Assembly (NCBI RefSeq): GCF_006345805.1
Contig: NC_042997.1
Location: forward strand, 35,898,001 to 35,962,000
Reading direction: 5' to 3'
DNA: 64,000 nt
DNA from: Octopus sinensis
Taxonomy: Eukaryota
Positions within the stretch are counted from its first letter, which is position 1. The number at the start of each line of letters is the position of its first letter. The position numbers were made by a program, and so were the translations under genes. Shown here piece after piece: positions 1-13,204 of the stretch. The notes under the pieces are model-generated. The model saw nothing but the letters and a program-made list of their open reading frames with translations, was not told the origin of the DNA and searched no databases.

Positions 1-135
1 AATAATATTGTTAGATACAAACGAGATGACGCCTTTGTTCACAGGCCTTTTAAATTACTACTGAGCATGGGTTAAACGGCAATAACCTGTTAGATATCAT
101 GTGCTTGCCTTGTTAATATTGGTCAGCGGCTAAGC

Positions 136-215
136 ATCTACTGTTGCGGCTGCTGCTGCTGCTAATACTACTACTACTACTACTACTACCACTACTACTA
201 CACTACTACTACTAC

Positions 216-251
<36 letters not shown>

Positions 252-328
252 AACTACTGCTGCTACTACTACTACTACTACTACTACTACTAATACTACT
301 AATACTACTAATACTACTACAACTGCTG

Positions 329-367
<39 letters not shown>

Positions 368-481
368 ATACTACTAATACTACTACAACTGCTGCTGCTA
401 CTACTACTACTACTACCACTACTACTACTACTACTTCTACTACTACTAATACTACTACTACTACTACTACAACTGCTGCTG

Positions 482-517
<36 letters not shown>

Positions 518-599
518 ATACTACTAATACTACTACAACTGCTGCTGCTACTACTACTACTACTACTACAACTGCTGCTACTACTTCTACTACTACTAT

Positions 600-646
<47 letters not shown>

Positions 647-780
647 ATGATGATGATGATAATACCACTACTCCTACAATTGCTGCTGTTGCCGCTGCAG
701 TTGCTGCTGCTACTGCTGTCACTACTACTACAACTACTGCTACCACTGCTACTACTGCTGCTGCTGCTTCTGCTATTATA
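136..780. repeat. Compound trinucleotide microsatellite (CTA)n/(CTG)n
   Basis: Uninterrupted-to-degenerate ACT/GCT triplet runs; explains the poly-Val ORF 198..746. Confidence 0.97.
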
Positions 781-1382
781 TTAGTCGAAGAGAAACATGT
801 TGACGACTTGATGTTTACTCCAGACTTACTATCCTAGTTATTTTCTTCTATAAACACTCCACCTTCAATGCATACAATACCAAACATTATCGACGCTGCT
901 AATTATTGACGTCGTCATTTAGGCTGTCGACGGTAATGCTGCTGCTGCTGCTAACGATCCTGATGTTGATCGTGATGACGATTCTACTAGTGCTCCCGGT
1001 ACCACAATTACTGTCATTCTTACTACTACAATCTCTCTTACTACTACAAGAATTGCTGTCGCTATTACTACGTCACCGATTGCTGATTTACTGCTTCTGC
1101 TTTTCTGCATTAAATTCTTACTAGAACAATATCCCTTCACCATTTTCAGAAGCAACATAATTTCAAAACTGTTGAGACTACAGTAACTGTTAATACTGTT
1201 ACTGACTGTAGGCAAACTAGCTGGGACTAAGATGCGTCTAACAAATATTATAATATATTTAATTTCATTCCCTAACGCTCTGATTTCAAATCTTACCGAG
1301 TTCAATGCTGCTGTCTACCTCGGGGTTCAAAGCTTATAATGTGCCGAAAGAGAACCTGCGAGACCTCTTTCCTATTGGGGAT

Positions 1383-1705
1383 GGAAGCACTCCGTCGTAA
1401 CCGACGATGAGGGTTCCGGTTGATCCGAATCAACGGAACAGCCTGCTCGTGAAATTAACGTGTAAGTGGCTGAGCACTCCACAGACACGTGTACCCTTAA
1501 CGTAGTTCTCGGGGATATTCAGCGTGACACAGAGAGTGACAAGGCCGGCCCTTTGAAATACAGGTACAAGAGAGACAGGAAGTAAGAGTGAGAGAAAGTT
1601 GTGGTGAAAGAGTACAGCAGGGATCACCACCATCCCCTGCCGGAGCCTTGCGGAGCTATAGGTGTTTTCGCTCAATAAACATTCACAACACCCGGTCTGG
1701 GAATC
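1383..1705 (-). mobile_element. tRNA-derived SINE family C, 5'-truncated copy
   Basis: Reverse complement of 40540-40870 at high identity (ggaagcactccgtcg...cccggtctggg). Confidence 0.85.
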
Positions 1706-2363
1706 TTTCCTATTATCAAAATGAAGACAATGGAGGAAATTTAAACGATTAATTCTATCCAGTGCTCTAACTTTTGTCTTTGTGTCTGTGTAAGAAATTA
1801 TCAAGTTCAGTGGATTGGACGTTAGTTGTTACAGTGATGCACAAAAATGTGGTGTCGTACTTTACTGGCTCAAATCCAGCTTAGCTCAACTTTACCTGCA
1901 GCACTATGAACTACGATCTCAAACTAATACTAGATCGATTATTATGATTACTCTTTTCTCTTCTAAATTACTGGTCTAAAGATTAGAAGCAATGACGTCT
2001 ATTACAGAATCATTGGAATTTTACAAAAAGAAAAGAATATTTCTAATTCAATCACATAAAGTATCGGTGAAGTACAGAGGTTAATTATATTGACTAGCAG
2101 CCTCCATTGCTGGTCTTGTGCTTAAATTAGAAAGTAATAGCGGTAGGTAAGTAGAATATTAAGAAATTTTGAAAAAAAAAATGTTGCTCTTCATTCGACA
2201 TTTTATATTCTGATTTTAAATCATGCCAGGTCAACTTTGCCTTCGTCGTTTCACAGCTGATAAAGTACCATTTACACAATGGAGCGTTCGTATCGACTAA
2301 CCTATTTCCGCACAATAGCTGGGCTTGTGCCTAAATTACGAATACGTAATAATAGTAGCACGG

Positions 2364-2364
2364 A

Positions 2365-2408
<44 letters not shown>

Positions 2409-2644
2409 AGTAGTAGTAGTAGTAGTACTAGTAGTTGTAGTAGTAGTAGTAGTAGTACTAGTAGTTGTAGTAGTAGTAGTAGTAGTAACAGCAGCAGCAG
2501 TAGGTAGTAGTAGTGGTTGTGGTGGTGGTGGTGGTGGTGGTGGTGGTTGTGTTGGTGGTGATTGTGGTGGTGTCGGCGGCGGTGGTGGTTGTAGTAGTGG
2601 TGGTGATAGAAGTTCTACATTTCTAATTTTCAATGCTGCTGCTG

Positions 2645-2690
<46 letters not shown>

Positions 2691-2810
2691 CACCACCACC
2701 ACCACCACCACCACCACCACTACTAATAATGCTGCTGCTGCTACTGCTGCTGCTGCTACTACTACTACTACTACTACTATACTACTACTACTACTACTAC
2801 TGCTACTGCA

Positions 2811-2843
<33 letters not shown>

Positions 2844-2970
2844 GCTGCTACTACTACTAATTCTGCTACTACTGCTGCTGTTGCCACTACTCCTCCTCCT
2901 CCTCCTCCTCCTACTACTACGACTACTACTACTACTACTACTATTACTGCGACTGCTACTACTACTACTC
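2364..2970. repeat. Compound (TAG/TGG)n then (CTA/CCA)n microsatellite with strand switch near 2605-2632
   Basis: Direct reading of the triplet runs. Confidence 0.95.
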
Positions 2971-4471
2971 ATGTAGTCTTTTCTTATTTGTGACGATGCT
3001 CTTGCTGATAATTATATTGAGGATAATATTGTAAACATTGTAAATATTGTTCTGCGTTTATTTTCACATTTTTTTTCCAAGTGTAAAGAATATTTAAAAA
3101 AGCGGATGCTTTAGTCTCATCTTTCAAAATATTAAAAAGAAATTCTAATCCAGGGTAAACAGTAGTTCCAAGGCAGATCATTTACCAAACAAAAGCATGA
3201 AAAAGTCATCATCATATTTTTTATTTTATCTTTTATATTTTATCTTTTATATTTTTTATATTTTCTCTCGTTTCTTAGAGACAATGCTTCGTAGAAAGAA
3301 CAATTATAGCTAATCTTTACTTTAAAAGAAATCTCTACTCATTTATGCTGCAGTTTTTATATTTTTTTTTATTTATTGATTGGTGCATTAAGAATGAACA
3401 ATAATTTTGTTTCTTTCATAGTGATTTATTCTTTTTTTATACTTTTTCGACAAATTTTTCCAGCAAAATTAGCTTTTTGTTTGCTTTAATTTTTGGGCCT
3501 TTCTAAATTTATCTTTTTACGCATCTTTCAAACTCTCTTTTTGTCTCTCACTCTCTCCCTCTCTCTTTCTATATCTCTTTTTCTCTGTCTTTCTGTATCT
3601 CTTTCTCACCCTCTTTCTGGTTCTCTTTCTCTCTCTCACTTTATTTTTTATCTTTTTCCTCTTTTCAATGACTTTCACTAAAATATTTCAAGTATTGTAG
3701 CTCAAACTTTCTTCATTAGAAACGAACTGTTCTAGTATTCGAGCTGTTGAATTATAAAATCACGTGTCAGTAGTCTGAATATGCTGCAAGCTTTCTGATG
3801 AATTTTTCAGCAAAACATGTTTCTCTGTCTGACTTCTCCAACACCACTAAATGCATGTAATATTGTTTTATCTATGTGTGTCATACTGATGGGTTGGGTG
3901 ATAGATTACCAGAATAAAGTGTTTGATAAAACACATTACGGTGTTTAGTTCTTCGTGGAAACATTGTCTCTCATCGCTCTCGCGTCAATATATGAAGCAC
4001 CATCATAATCATAATGCTATGTATGGCCACAACAATAGGAGCGGTCATATGTTACGAGGTAACCCTGAATCTTGGACGCATCTAGATGATCAAAATGTGA
4101 TTGTATTATATCATAAGAGAAGCCTATATCACAGGTTCCTTACTTGTTGAAAAAAAAAAAAAAACAGAGAGAAAAAAGAGAGAAATCCGGCAGCACTTCT
4201 CAAACATGGCACGTGTAGTCTTATTACATGTACAAGAGTATTGGGTCTCATGAAAACAAAGATAACGACAAAAACAACGATGATAAAATTGACAGGGTAA
4301 GGAACTACCACTTTATTTCAGCAGATTTCGGTCCTATTCTTTTGTGAATGACATACATAATTGGCTCGTTTCAATGACACAGGTTTGTGAGTGATGTCAG
4401 ATAGTGATTTGCAATTATCTGAATGGGCACTGCTCTGGCATGGAACCACTATCTATCTATCTATCTATCTA

Positions 4472-4518
<47 letters not shown>

Positions 4519-4599
4519 TATATATATATATATATATAATATATATATATATATTATATATATATCGATAGATATATATACACCACACACACGCGCGTT

Positions 4600-4735
4600 T
4601 GTCAACTACCACCGCATGGCAGTTAGGCAAAAGGAACCGATAGAATGATTGGCAGGCTTTAAAAAATTATAACCTGCGATCAATTTTTTCGACGAAAAAT
4701 TCCGCAGAGAGCTGCCCCACAACGGTCACAGGGTA
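4600..4735 (+). mobile_element. Degraded SINE family B 3' part
   Basis: ggcaaaaggaaccgatagaat...ggcttt...cgacgaaaaatt resembles 24020-24150 and the reverse complement of 22790-22900. Confidence 0.5.
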
Positions 4736-4804
4736 GTATATACATACATACATCTCTGTATGTCTGTCTGTCTGTCTGTCTGGCTCTCTCTCTCTCTCCA
4801 TATA

Positions 4805-4892
<88 letters not shown>

Positions 4893-5121
4893 AAGAAAAA
4901 GAAAATGGAGATTGGAAAGTTAATAAATGCTTCTTATTAACAACAAATTAATTATCATCATCCCTTACAGCTGTTTCAGATAATACTCCATAAATATTAA
5001 ATAAATGTTAAATATATGTGACCGGAGTGTAATATCTTCAAAGGGGAAATTATGCCCTTGGATGCTCTATGCGTTTATGGATTCCTTATAGGAGACTGAA
5101 TATACATGAGTGTATGTATAT

Positions 5122-5195
<74 letters not shown>

Positions 5196-5309
5196 TATAT
5201 AGATACATACATACATACATGCATACATACATACAAGCTTCTTTGCCGAACGACCTGCACAAATGATTTCTTTACACTAGTTCACACCCTGAATCAAATG
5301 GACGGAGTC

Positions 5310-5460
5310 TGATCAGGGGCACGGTGTTCATGTTATCGCAGAGCAACGTGAGATGAAGTGTTTTGCTCAAGAACACAACGCTCCACACAGTCCGGGAATT
5401 GAGACCACGATTTCGTTGTCATGAATGTAGGAACCAAGCCAGTAGGTCATGTACCTAATT
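5310..5460 (-). mobile_element. tRNA-headed SINE fragment (family B-like)
   Basis: gcaacgtgagatgaagtgttttgctcaagaacacaacg...ccgggaattgagaccacg reads on the minus strand as a B-box-containing SINE head. Confidence 0.5.
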
Positions 5461-6613
5461 ACCCGTTCTAAAATTTATGTTACCGTCCTTAAAACGCAAG
5501 CCAGTCTTTATCTGAATACCGTATTAATTTTTCTCCATCCCTTGTATTATATTTTTTAAATTCATTTTTTATCCTTTTGTTACATATTCTCTTTTTATCA
5601 TATAGATTATTAATTATCGCAGGATGGTGAACCACATCTTCATGAAAAAATTAGGATTTTAAAAAATTTTTTCTGAGTGTTTGATTCTACTCAATATCTA
5701 TTCGTCAATATCTATCGCCGCTTTCTTAGTACGCTCTATAGATGGTAATTCCAGTATTTGAAAGGATGACGTCTGCTGAATTCATCTATTGTCTGTGACT
5801 ATAAAATTTATTGTAGAAATTGGTGTGTTCACTTTGCAGGAAAAGTTCTGATGTGGAGTCTGGACGTTACGCTGAGTATATTTATATAAGTGTAACAAGT
5901 GAAGTGTCGCTTACGTAACAGGTCGTTTACAATACAGTTATGAAATTGAATAAACATCTATCACTTCTCCAATTGATTGATTTATATATGTGTATATACA
6001 TATGCGTACATAATACATACACATATATATATACATATAAATACATACAAACAAATATATACGCACACGTATATTGACATGCATTTATATATATATATAT
6101 ATATAGATAGATAGATATATGTGCGTATGTATTTATATATATATATATATATATATGCACTCATATATATATATACATATATACACATATACATGCATAT
6201 ATATATACACATATATATATATATATACGTATATTTGCAAATGTATCTCCGTGTGTCTACCTGTATTTTATACACACACATACACATATGTATATATATG
6301 AATGTGTATATATATGTATGTATATGTATACATATATGTATAAAGCGATAGAGAGAGAGGGAGTGAGAGAGAGGGTGAGAGAAAGAAATGCTAGTAATAC
6401 TGATGTTATGCTTTCAAATAAATGCATTTTGAATAATCCTTTTAAGTTGAGTAGGAAAAGGTAATCTCTTCGTTTATTTGATTTCAAAATCTTATTTATG
6501 GCATTTAATTTAAAATACATCGCAAATGGATTTCTGATGCACTGAAAGGAAAGCCATATATGAAACATCGTTGTCGTCTGTATCATATATTTCGATCTGG
6601 TGCAGTTAACAAT

Positions 6614-6850
6614 ATCTATTTCTTTACTACCCACAAGGGGCTAAACACAGAGAGGACAAACAATGACAGACAAACACATTAAGTCGATTATATCAATCCT
6701 AGTACGTAACTGGTACTTATTTAATCGACCCCGAAAGGATGAAAGGCAAAGTCGACCTCGGTGGAATTTGAACTCAGAACGTAGCGGCAGACGAAATACC
6801 GATAAGCATTTCACCCGGCGTGCTAACGGTTCTGCCAGCTCACCGCCTTA
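6614..6850 (-). mobile_element. tRNA-derived SINE family A, near full length
   Basis: Minus strand: ggcggtgagctggcagaaccgttagcacgccgg...gagttcaaattccaccgaggtcgactttgcctttcatcctttcggggtcgatt; A/B-box-like motifs; multiple homologues in the window. Confidence 0.9.
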
Positions 6851-9800
6851 TGCAGTTAACAATATCGTTTAACTTTACATGATGTTTCAAATTACGATGT
6901 TTGAAAATATGATTTACTTATAAAATGTGTCCTTAATTTATGAAAACGTTACTCATCAGAGAATGGCGTTTACAATCATAGCGCGAAGAATCAGAAACCA
7001 CCCGCGTGTGTTTATATCCGTATCTCTCTTCCTTTTTGCTGGGCGTCTGTGTTTATCATCATATACAAGTCGTCTGCCATGTCATCCCATCAAATTACAT
7101 GATTTACACTGTTTCTGCTCTTCTGCACATAGAATTTCCTCCTCTCGAAAAATTCGTTGCGACATTATGATATCAGAATAATTGATATCGACAAAGTATG
7201 TATTGCACGTTTTTTTCTTCGAAAGATTTTTTATAATATCACATCTAATGCGTCAATAGATAAAATTTTTCTCAAATCGTTATGATATTGTAAGATCTAA
7301 GTGAAATTTTAGTATCATTTCGGCACAGAAATTCAGTTACATAAATATATCATTTACCTCCATAAAGAAAATGAAAGTGAATGAGACATGACATGAATCA
7401 TAACTCGTAACATTTCATTCATTAAAGAATTAGCTGTTTAAAGTTTTGCACTCTTAGAATTATAATCGTATGATATCTTGAATATTATTTTGATTTTCTG
7501 CAAAGTTGAGTGAAACTAAATAATTGAAATGCTCGCTGGAATATGAGGAGAATAAGCATATTCATACCCCAATTAACAGATTGTAATTTACTGAGCTAGC
7601 TTATTATTTAAATAATTCATTGAGACATACTTCATTAGCAGCTTCGCATTTAATGCATATATTAGAAATGTACGAATAATTAATACACATTTCCTGAAGT
7701 AAAAACTGTTAGCGCGTTATAGTTGTACCAAATAAGATGGTGCCATTTAATATGGGAAAATGTATAGGTAAAGGATTAGCGCATAAGTGAATTGCAATAA
7801 TGCATATAAAGAAAAATAGGAACTCAGGAAGATGTATAACAAGTCAATTTAACACGAAGATATAAAACATATTTAAGCGCCAGTAGGAAACTGTTAAATT
7901 TGACATCCTACAATAGATATGTATTTGCAAATAGCACACAGGTTCACAAACACAGACAGCAGGGTTCAAATACCTCTTCCTATCTGTGAGGATAGTGATA
8001 GTGTGAGTATATAACGTTCGGATTTTAAAAGAAAATGCAAAAAATCTTCGCCTGACATTTATTTCCCTTTTCAATTTCATTCTGAAATCTGTCGTCACAA
8101 AACAACATGGGAATTATTAACTTTACAGCCGCTTGGAAAGCAACTCTGCTTAATTATTGCACACACAGAAGGACTCATCAAAATCAATCATTAAAACTTT
8201 TGTCCCTTAGATGGTGTGCTACAGATGTAGGAAATCACAAATAAGTAGTGTCACAAGCATAGTGAAGGAAGTGTGTGTGTGTGTGCGTGTGTGTTACGTG
8301 TAAGTGCACGTGTATGCTTGTTGCGAGCATCTTATTTGAATATTATGCGTGATACTAACATCCCAGGCACCATGCATAACATACAAATACACTATTCGCA
8401 ACCAGCATACACACGCTCTCACACACACACACATGTATGAAAATAGATACACATACACTCCACACACTCACCCACACACACTCTCACGCACACACAGTAT
8501 GCCAATTTTTGAACTCTGCTGCTTTCAAAGGCCTCATTTTCTATCTCTCCCCCAAGATCGAACTTTGCTTGGAGAAACAATCATAAACTCGCAACATCCC
8601 TTCAAATAATAATGATGTTGGGTTTTGACTTTTAAACATACATAATACAAATACCACATAATAAGAATCCTATAAAATGTCTTATTTTATATCAATCAAT
8701 GTTGCTCAGCCTTTCACAGATCTAGATATAAATTGCCTGACGTTTCGGGATCCAGAATAAACCTCTCTACCGTCATACTTCACATAAAAACGGATTTTAT
8801 ATCAATGCCTCTTAATTAAAAATATATATATATGTGTCATTTAATCATCACGTATGGAACGGCAAACTAAATGCATTGCCTTTGCCTGATACATTTGAGC
8901 ACTTGCAAAAACATGATTATGAAAGTTAAGGCAAACTTTCCTCTACAGCAAATTCAGATACTTTTTATATCTAATCCATTATGAAATACACCCGGAGAGG
9001 CTACGAATGTTCCTTCTGAAGCTTATGTTCATAACAAATAGTAGGAAATAGTCTCCTCATCCATGCGTGGAAGCCTCGAGGTCTCCAAACATTGCAAATA
9101 ATATGCATAACACTCTTTATAAGACGTTTTATTTATTCATATTTTATGAATCCGCATAGCTGCTTGCGAAGTTTAATTCTTTCGTATTTGCGATGAGAAA
9201 ATAGCCTAATTATTTAAACAAATATTTAGTCAACTTGATAGATTGTAGTAACGACAGCTAAATTCTATAAGTGGATTATACAAACCAAAAAATAAATTGT
9301 CAGCTTATATGTAAATAATTCACACATGTAAACATTGAATACGTAACCAATCGCCGCTAAACACTCATCCCGTTTAATCAACACTATTGATTTAATCTAT
9401 CAGTGAATAACAAACATAAAACATGCTGGAATAATGTATATTTACACAATAAAACCATATAAAATGTTCGTTCACTCCAATTACCACACAGTCATTTAAC
9501 TCCGTTTGTCATTTATTTCAATATCTCCCACATAACATGCTTATGAAAAAACATAAAATTTAATAAAAAATAAAGTCAGCTAAAATAAGTAAAATGTATA
9601 TGTACATACCAACAGTAAATCCTTTATGATTCTTACCTGGAAAGACAAAAGAAATAAAAACTGTATTTAATATATATGGCAATGTATAAATATTGGTTTA
9701 GCATTGCAAATTAAAAAAAAAATAACCGGTGTATTCCTCTTAGAATTCCACATTTCCAATATACCACATATAAAATGCACTTTGTTCTTTACATATGTCA

Positions 9801-10100
9801 CCCATGGAACGTAATTATGTGTTTAACAATAATTTTCACTTAGCTGCTATTGACAGACTATTTTCTTCACACAAATGATCGATGAAATTCTGATTTTTGA
9901 CTATATCGCTCATAGAGAACAATAGAGTGCAAATATCCTCTGCACTGGGATTCCTGCAAATGCAGCCCCACTTTTTTTCTCGGCAAACAATAAAAAGAAT
10001 ATACAAATATAACCACTAACTGTATAACATATATACATACACATCTATGTGTGTGTGTATCTTTGTGTGTATGCGTGACTGTGCGTGTACACAAGTACAG

Positions 10101-10130
10101 GAGGAAGATGATAATGAGGTGTTTGCTGAG
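10101..10130 (+). other. Candidate 30-nt exon or first-exon end with consensus donor GAG|GTAAGT
   Basis: cag|gaggaagatgataatgaggtgtttgctgag|gtaagt; reads EEDDNEVFAE (phase 0) or MIMRCLL; acceptor lacks a pyrimidine tract. Confidence 0.25.
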
Positions 10131-10294
10131 GTAAGTCTCCGCACTATTAAACCGTAGGTTAATTTATGCAGCTCTGAATTAATTCATTACATATTTTCAG
10201 CCAATACAATAATCATTTTAAATTCAAAGGAACTTAGCTAATAGAATCTTCCATGTTGATGTTCCACCGTGGTTAGTTTTGATTTTCATCCTTA

Positions 10295-10410
10295 CGCGAT
10301 CGATAAAAAATACCAGTGAAACACTGGTATCGATGTAAAATATAATTGATTAATCCCTCTCCCTCTCTAAATTTCAGGTATTTTGCCTTTAGTAGGGAGA
10401 AAATTATGCT
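10295..10410 (+). mobile_element. SINE family A 3' fragment (old)
   Basis: gatcgataaaaaataccagtgaaacactggtatcgatg...aaatttcagg matches the family A body. Confidence 0.6.
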
Positions 10411-11481
10411 AAACCGATACCTTCCTCTTCTCCCTCCTAAAAATGTTTGTAGAGCCACAATTTCGCTTATTTCATGCTGTGTAAGTGGCGAACACGGATA
10501 TTACCCCATCCAAAATTTCGGATCTGGTATTCAGTAGTGTTGTGAAAACCTTAGACCTATGTAGAACATGTGATATTTCTGCTACGGATGATTTGCATTT
10601 CTTTGGTTCATTAACATATGTAATCCTCCACTTAATTGTACGTAGGGCGCACACCACATACTGACATATAGCATCATTTCATCAGTTACACACAAACACA
10701 AATATATGGACAAACATGTGGCAATTATGCCAAATGCAAACAGGTAGACAAACATGTGGACGAATTACTTTTGGCGAACCTGCAGTAACCATCCTCTCTG
10801 AATTGCGCAGCAGTTTCACAGACTTGAGGTTTTCTCCGTTGAATTATTGTACAACAACTATCTTAATTATGGCTTTACTTTTAAAGGGTACGTAATGTTT
10901 TTCCCTTCTGCAGTGGCAGTTTTTATTCAGCATTTTACTTCTGTTTCGTTTATTCTAATGTTTTCTCGTGTGCTCAGAAACCGCAGGTTGCTTGGAGACA
11001 AAAGCCGTGCTACGTAACCCTGTCTGGACCCGATTCTCCAATACAAGAAGCCATTAGCGACTTATATCATCATACTATGAAGATTACGTAATATTTATCT
11101 ATCACTGGATGGAATACTTTTGTGTGTTTCTTACCTTAACGTAACAGTAGACTCTATTTAATTGTTAAACAGGACGTCAAACATTAAGGCAAGGCAAACA
11201 TCTCAAGACATATACAATATTACTATAGGAAGAAATTCAAAATCAAGCTACCGTATCGGCTATAACCTTGGCGACCCAGTAATCTGTTATAGAATTTACA
11301 TAGCGTACCTAATCGCTAAGATAACCTGTGAACTAAACCCCCATACTCACTAGACTATATATGCACATATATATATAATGCGTGTATATGAATATACATA
11401 TGTGCATACATATATATAGACATATCTATCTATCTATTTATCAATGTATCTATTTATATATATATATATATAATCTGTCTA

Positions 11482-11561
<80 letters not shown>

Positions 11562-12106
11562 CAATTGCCTGTATGTTTAATACTTCACAACAAAAGTTTT
11601 CAATATATTAAGATTTTCCTTCCCAACTGATAATGACCAGTTCCGCTTGAGAAGTGGATAAGTTTCAAGATTGAAGGTATTTTACAAAGCTAACTTGCCA
11701 TTAAAGAAAAGGACCGGCTTATTCTCTGGAGATATGAGGTCAGTCATGTACACGGGATTCTGAATCGATGGCCTCTATATGCACGAAACCTGTCTGACAT
11801 TATCTCCAGCAGATATAAACTTATGCAATACATAGTAGGAAACCGTTATGACCTAGGTCATTTGCGTAATTTACACAAACATTATCCAAGATAAATGACT
11901 TGAAGTGGTCTGAGGCATGTATTTAAAAATACCCGTATGTGAAGTTCGTCACATTAAAATTACGTCCACCATTATTATTCCTGCAAATAACATGCATTCA
12001 TTTGGTTAATATGTAATTCTAGAAATCTATAAACCTTGCCACCCAACGAATTTAATGATAGCGGGCTAAAACTACGCGCCTTCACTAGTCAGTTAAGGTG
12101 AGGCAG

Positions 12107-12486
12107 TGTCACGTCACAACTTGCTGGGGCTGCCTGCTGGAGCCTAGCAGCAGGTATTTAAAGGGAGAAATTTGACAAGACAGTCAGTCACCGGCTGACA
12201 CTCGCTGACGCTACATCGAAGAGGCCGGGGAACAGAAGAAAGAAGAAGACATGCACCCAACATCAGAGCTGAAGACCCCTCCGAAAGAGGGGGGCCGTCA
12301 CGTCAAAACGGTACAGGAGTAGGGGCTGAAACCGGACGTGGTTCCTCCTGATGATGTCTTGAGCTAACTGGATCCTATAGAGGAGCTGTTGTGGTAGCAG
12401 GCCACGAAACACGGTTGTAATTCCTCTGAGTCCAAGAAATCCGCGTTAGTGTATTATAAAATAATATATTCTGTTAGTGTAAGACA
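12107..12486 (+). mobile_element. GC-rich ~380 bp solo LTR or pseudo-LTR-like element with hammerhead-like motifs
   Basis: TGTC...GACA termini, TATTTAAA near 12155, CTGAAGA..GAAAC and CTGATGA..GAAAC motifs; no TSD found. Confidence 0.4.
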
Positions 12487-13204
12487 GAAATCTATAAACA
12501 ACTGCTGAAAGTAAAATTTGAGTTTCGATGCCATTGGTTTGTATTTGATTGTTTCGTTTTTAAAGCGTTTGCAATTTAAAATTCTGTAGTAAACAAAGTA
12601 CCACCTGTAAAGCACTAGATTTCATGTGTACGACTATACTTATATGTGTGGCATTCCACCAATGTTTCAAGAGGGTATTTCAAGGCAATAATAATCTACC
12701 CATCGTCCATTCCTTTCAAATTTATATGATACTGAGTGGATAATTACATTCCATAGTATCGCACTCGCTAAAAATATATGCCGGTCATGTAATGTCGTTG
12801 ATTTAATCCTCGTTTTAATTTTTATAAAAATCAATATTCCGTTAATAAAAATAAAATATTATAAATATCATTCAGCGCAAGTCTTTTATGACATACTCCT
12901 ACACACATTCATTACTTAATATTCAAATACAGTTGCATACTCGAGAGTTCTGACCGTCGCTAGATATACAATCAATGCAATATAAATGACTTCAGTTTCT
13001 GTTTTACAGTGTTTCATTGTTCACGGTCTATCGATTCTTGCTATTCTTCTTATCACTGCATTCTGACTTCCATAGAATATTAATGTCGGCTAAAAGATCT
13101 TATTCGGATGTCTTAAATCAACATAGCCCGACGTCAATATTACAAAATCTGTTCTCCGTACATCTGTACAGAAATGAATACCTGCATATTGTCATACAAG
13201 TATA

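Noticed and set aside
198-746. 182-aa poly-Val ORF and similar poly-Ser/Ile/Leu/Asn or YI/HT/VC ORFs throughout the track
   Set aside because: They are translations of tri- and dinucleotide microsatellites with no splice or domain support
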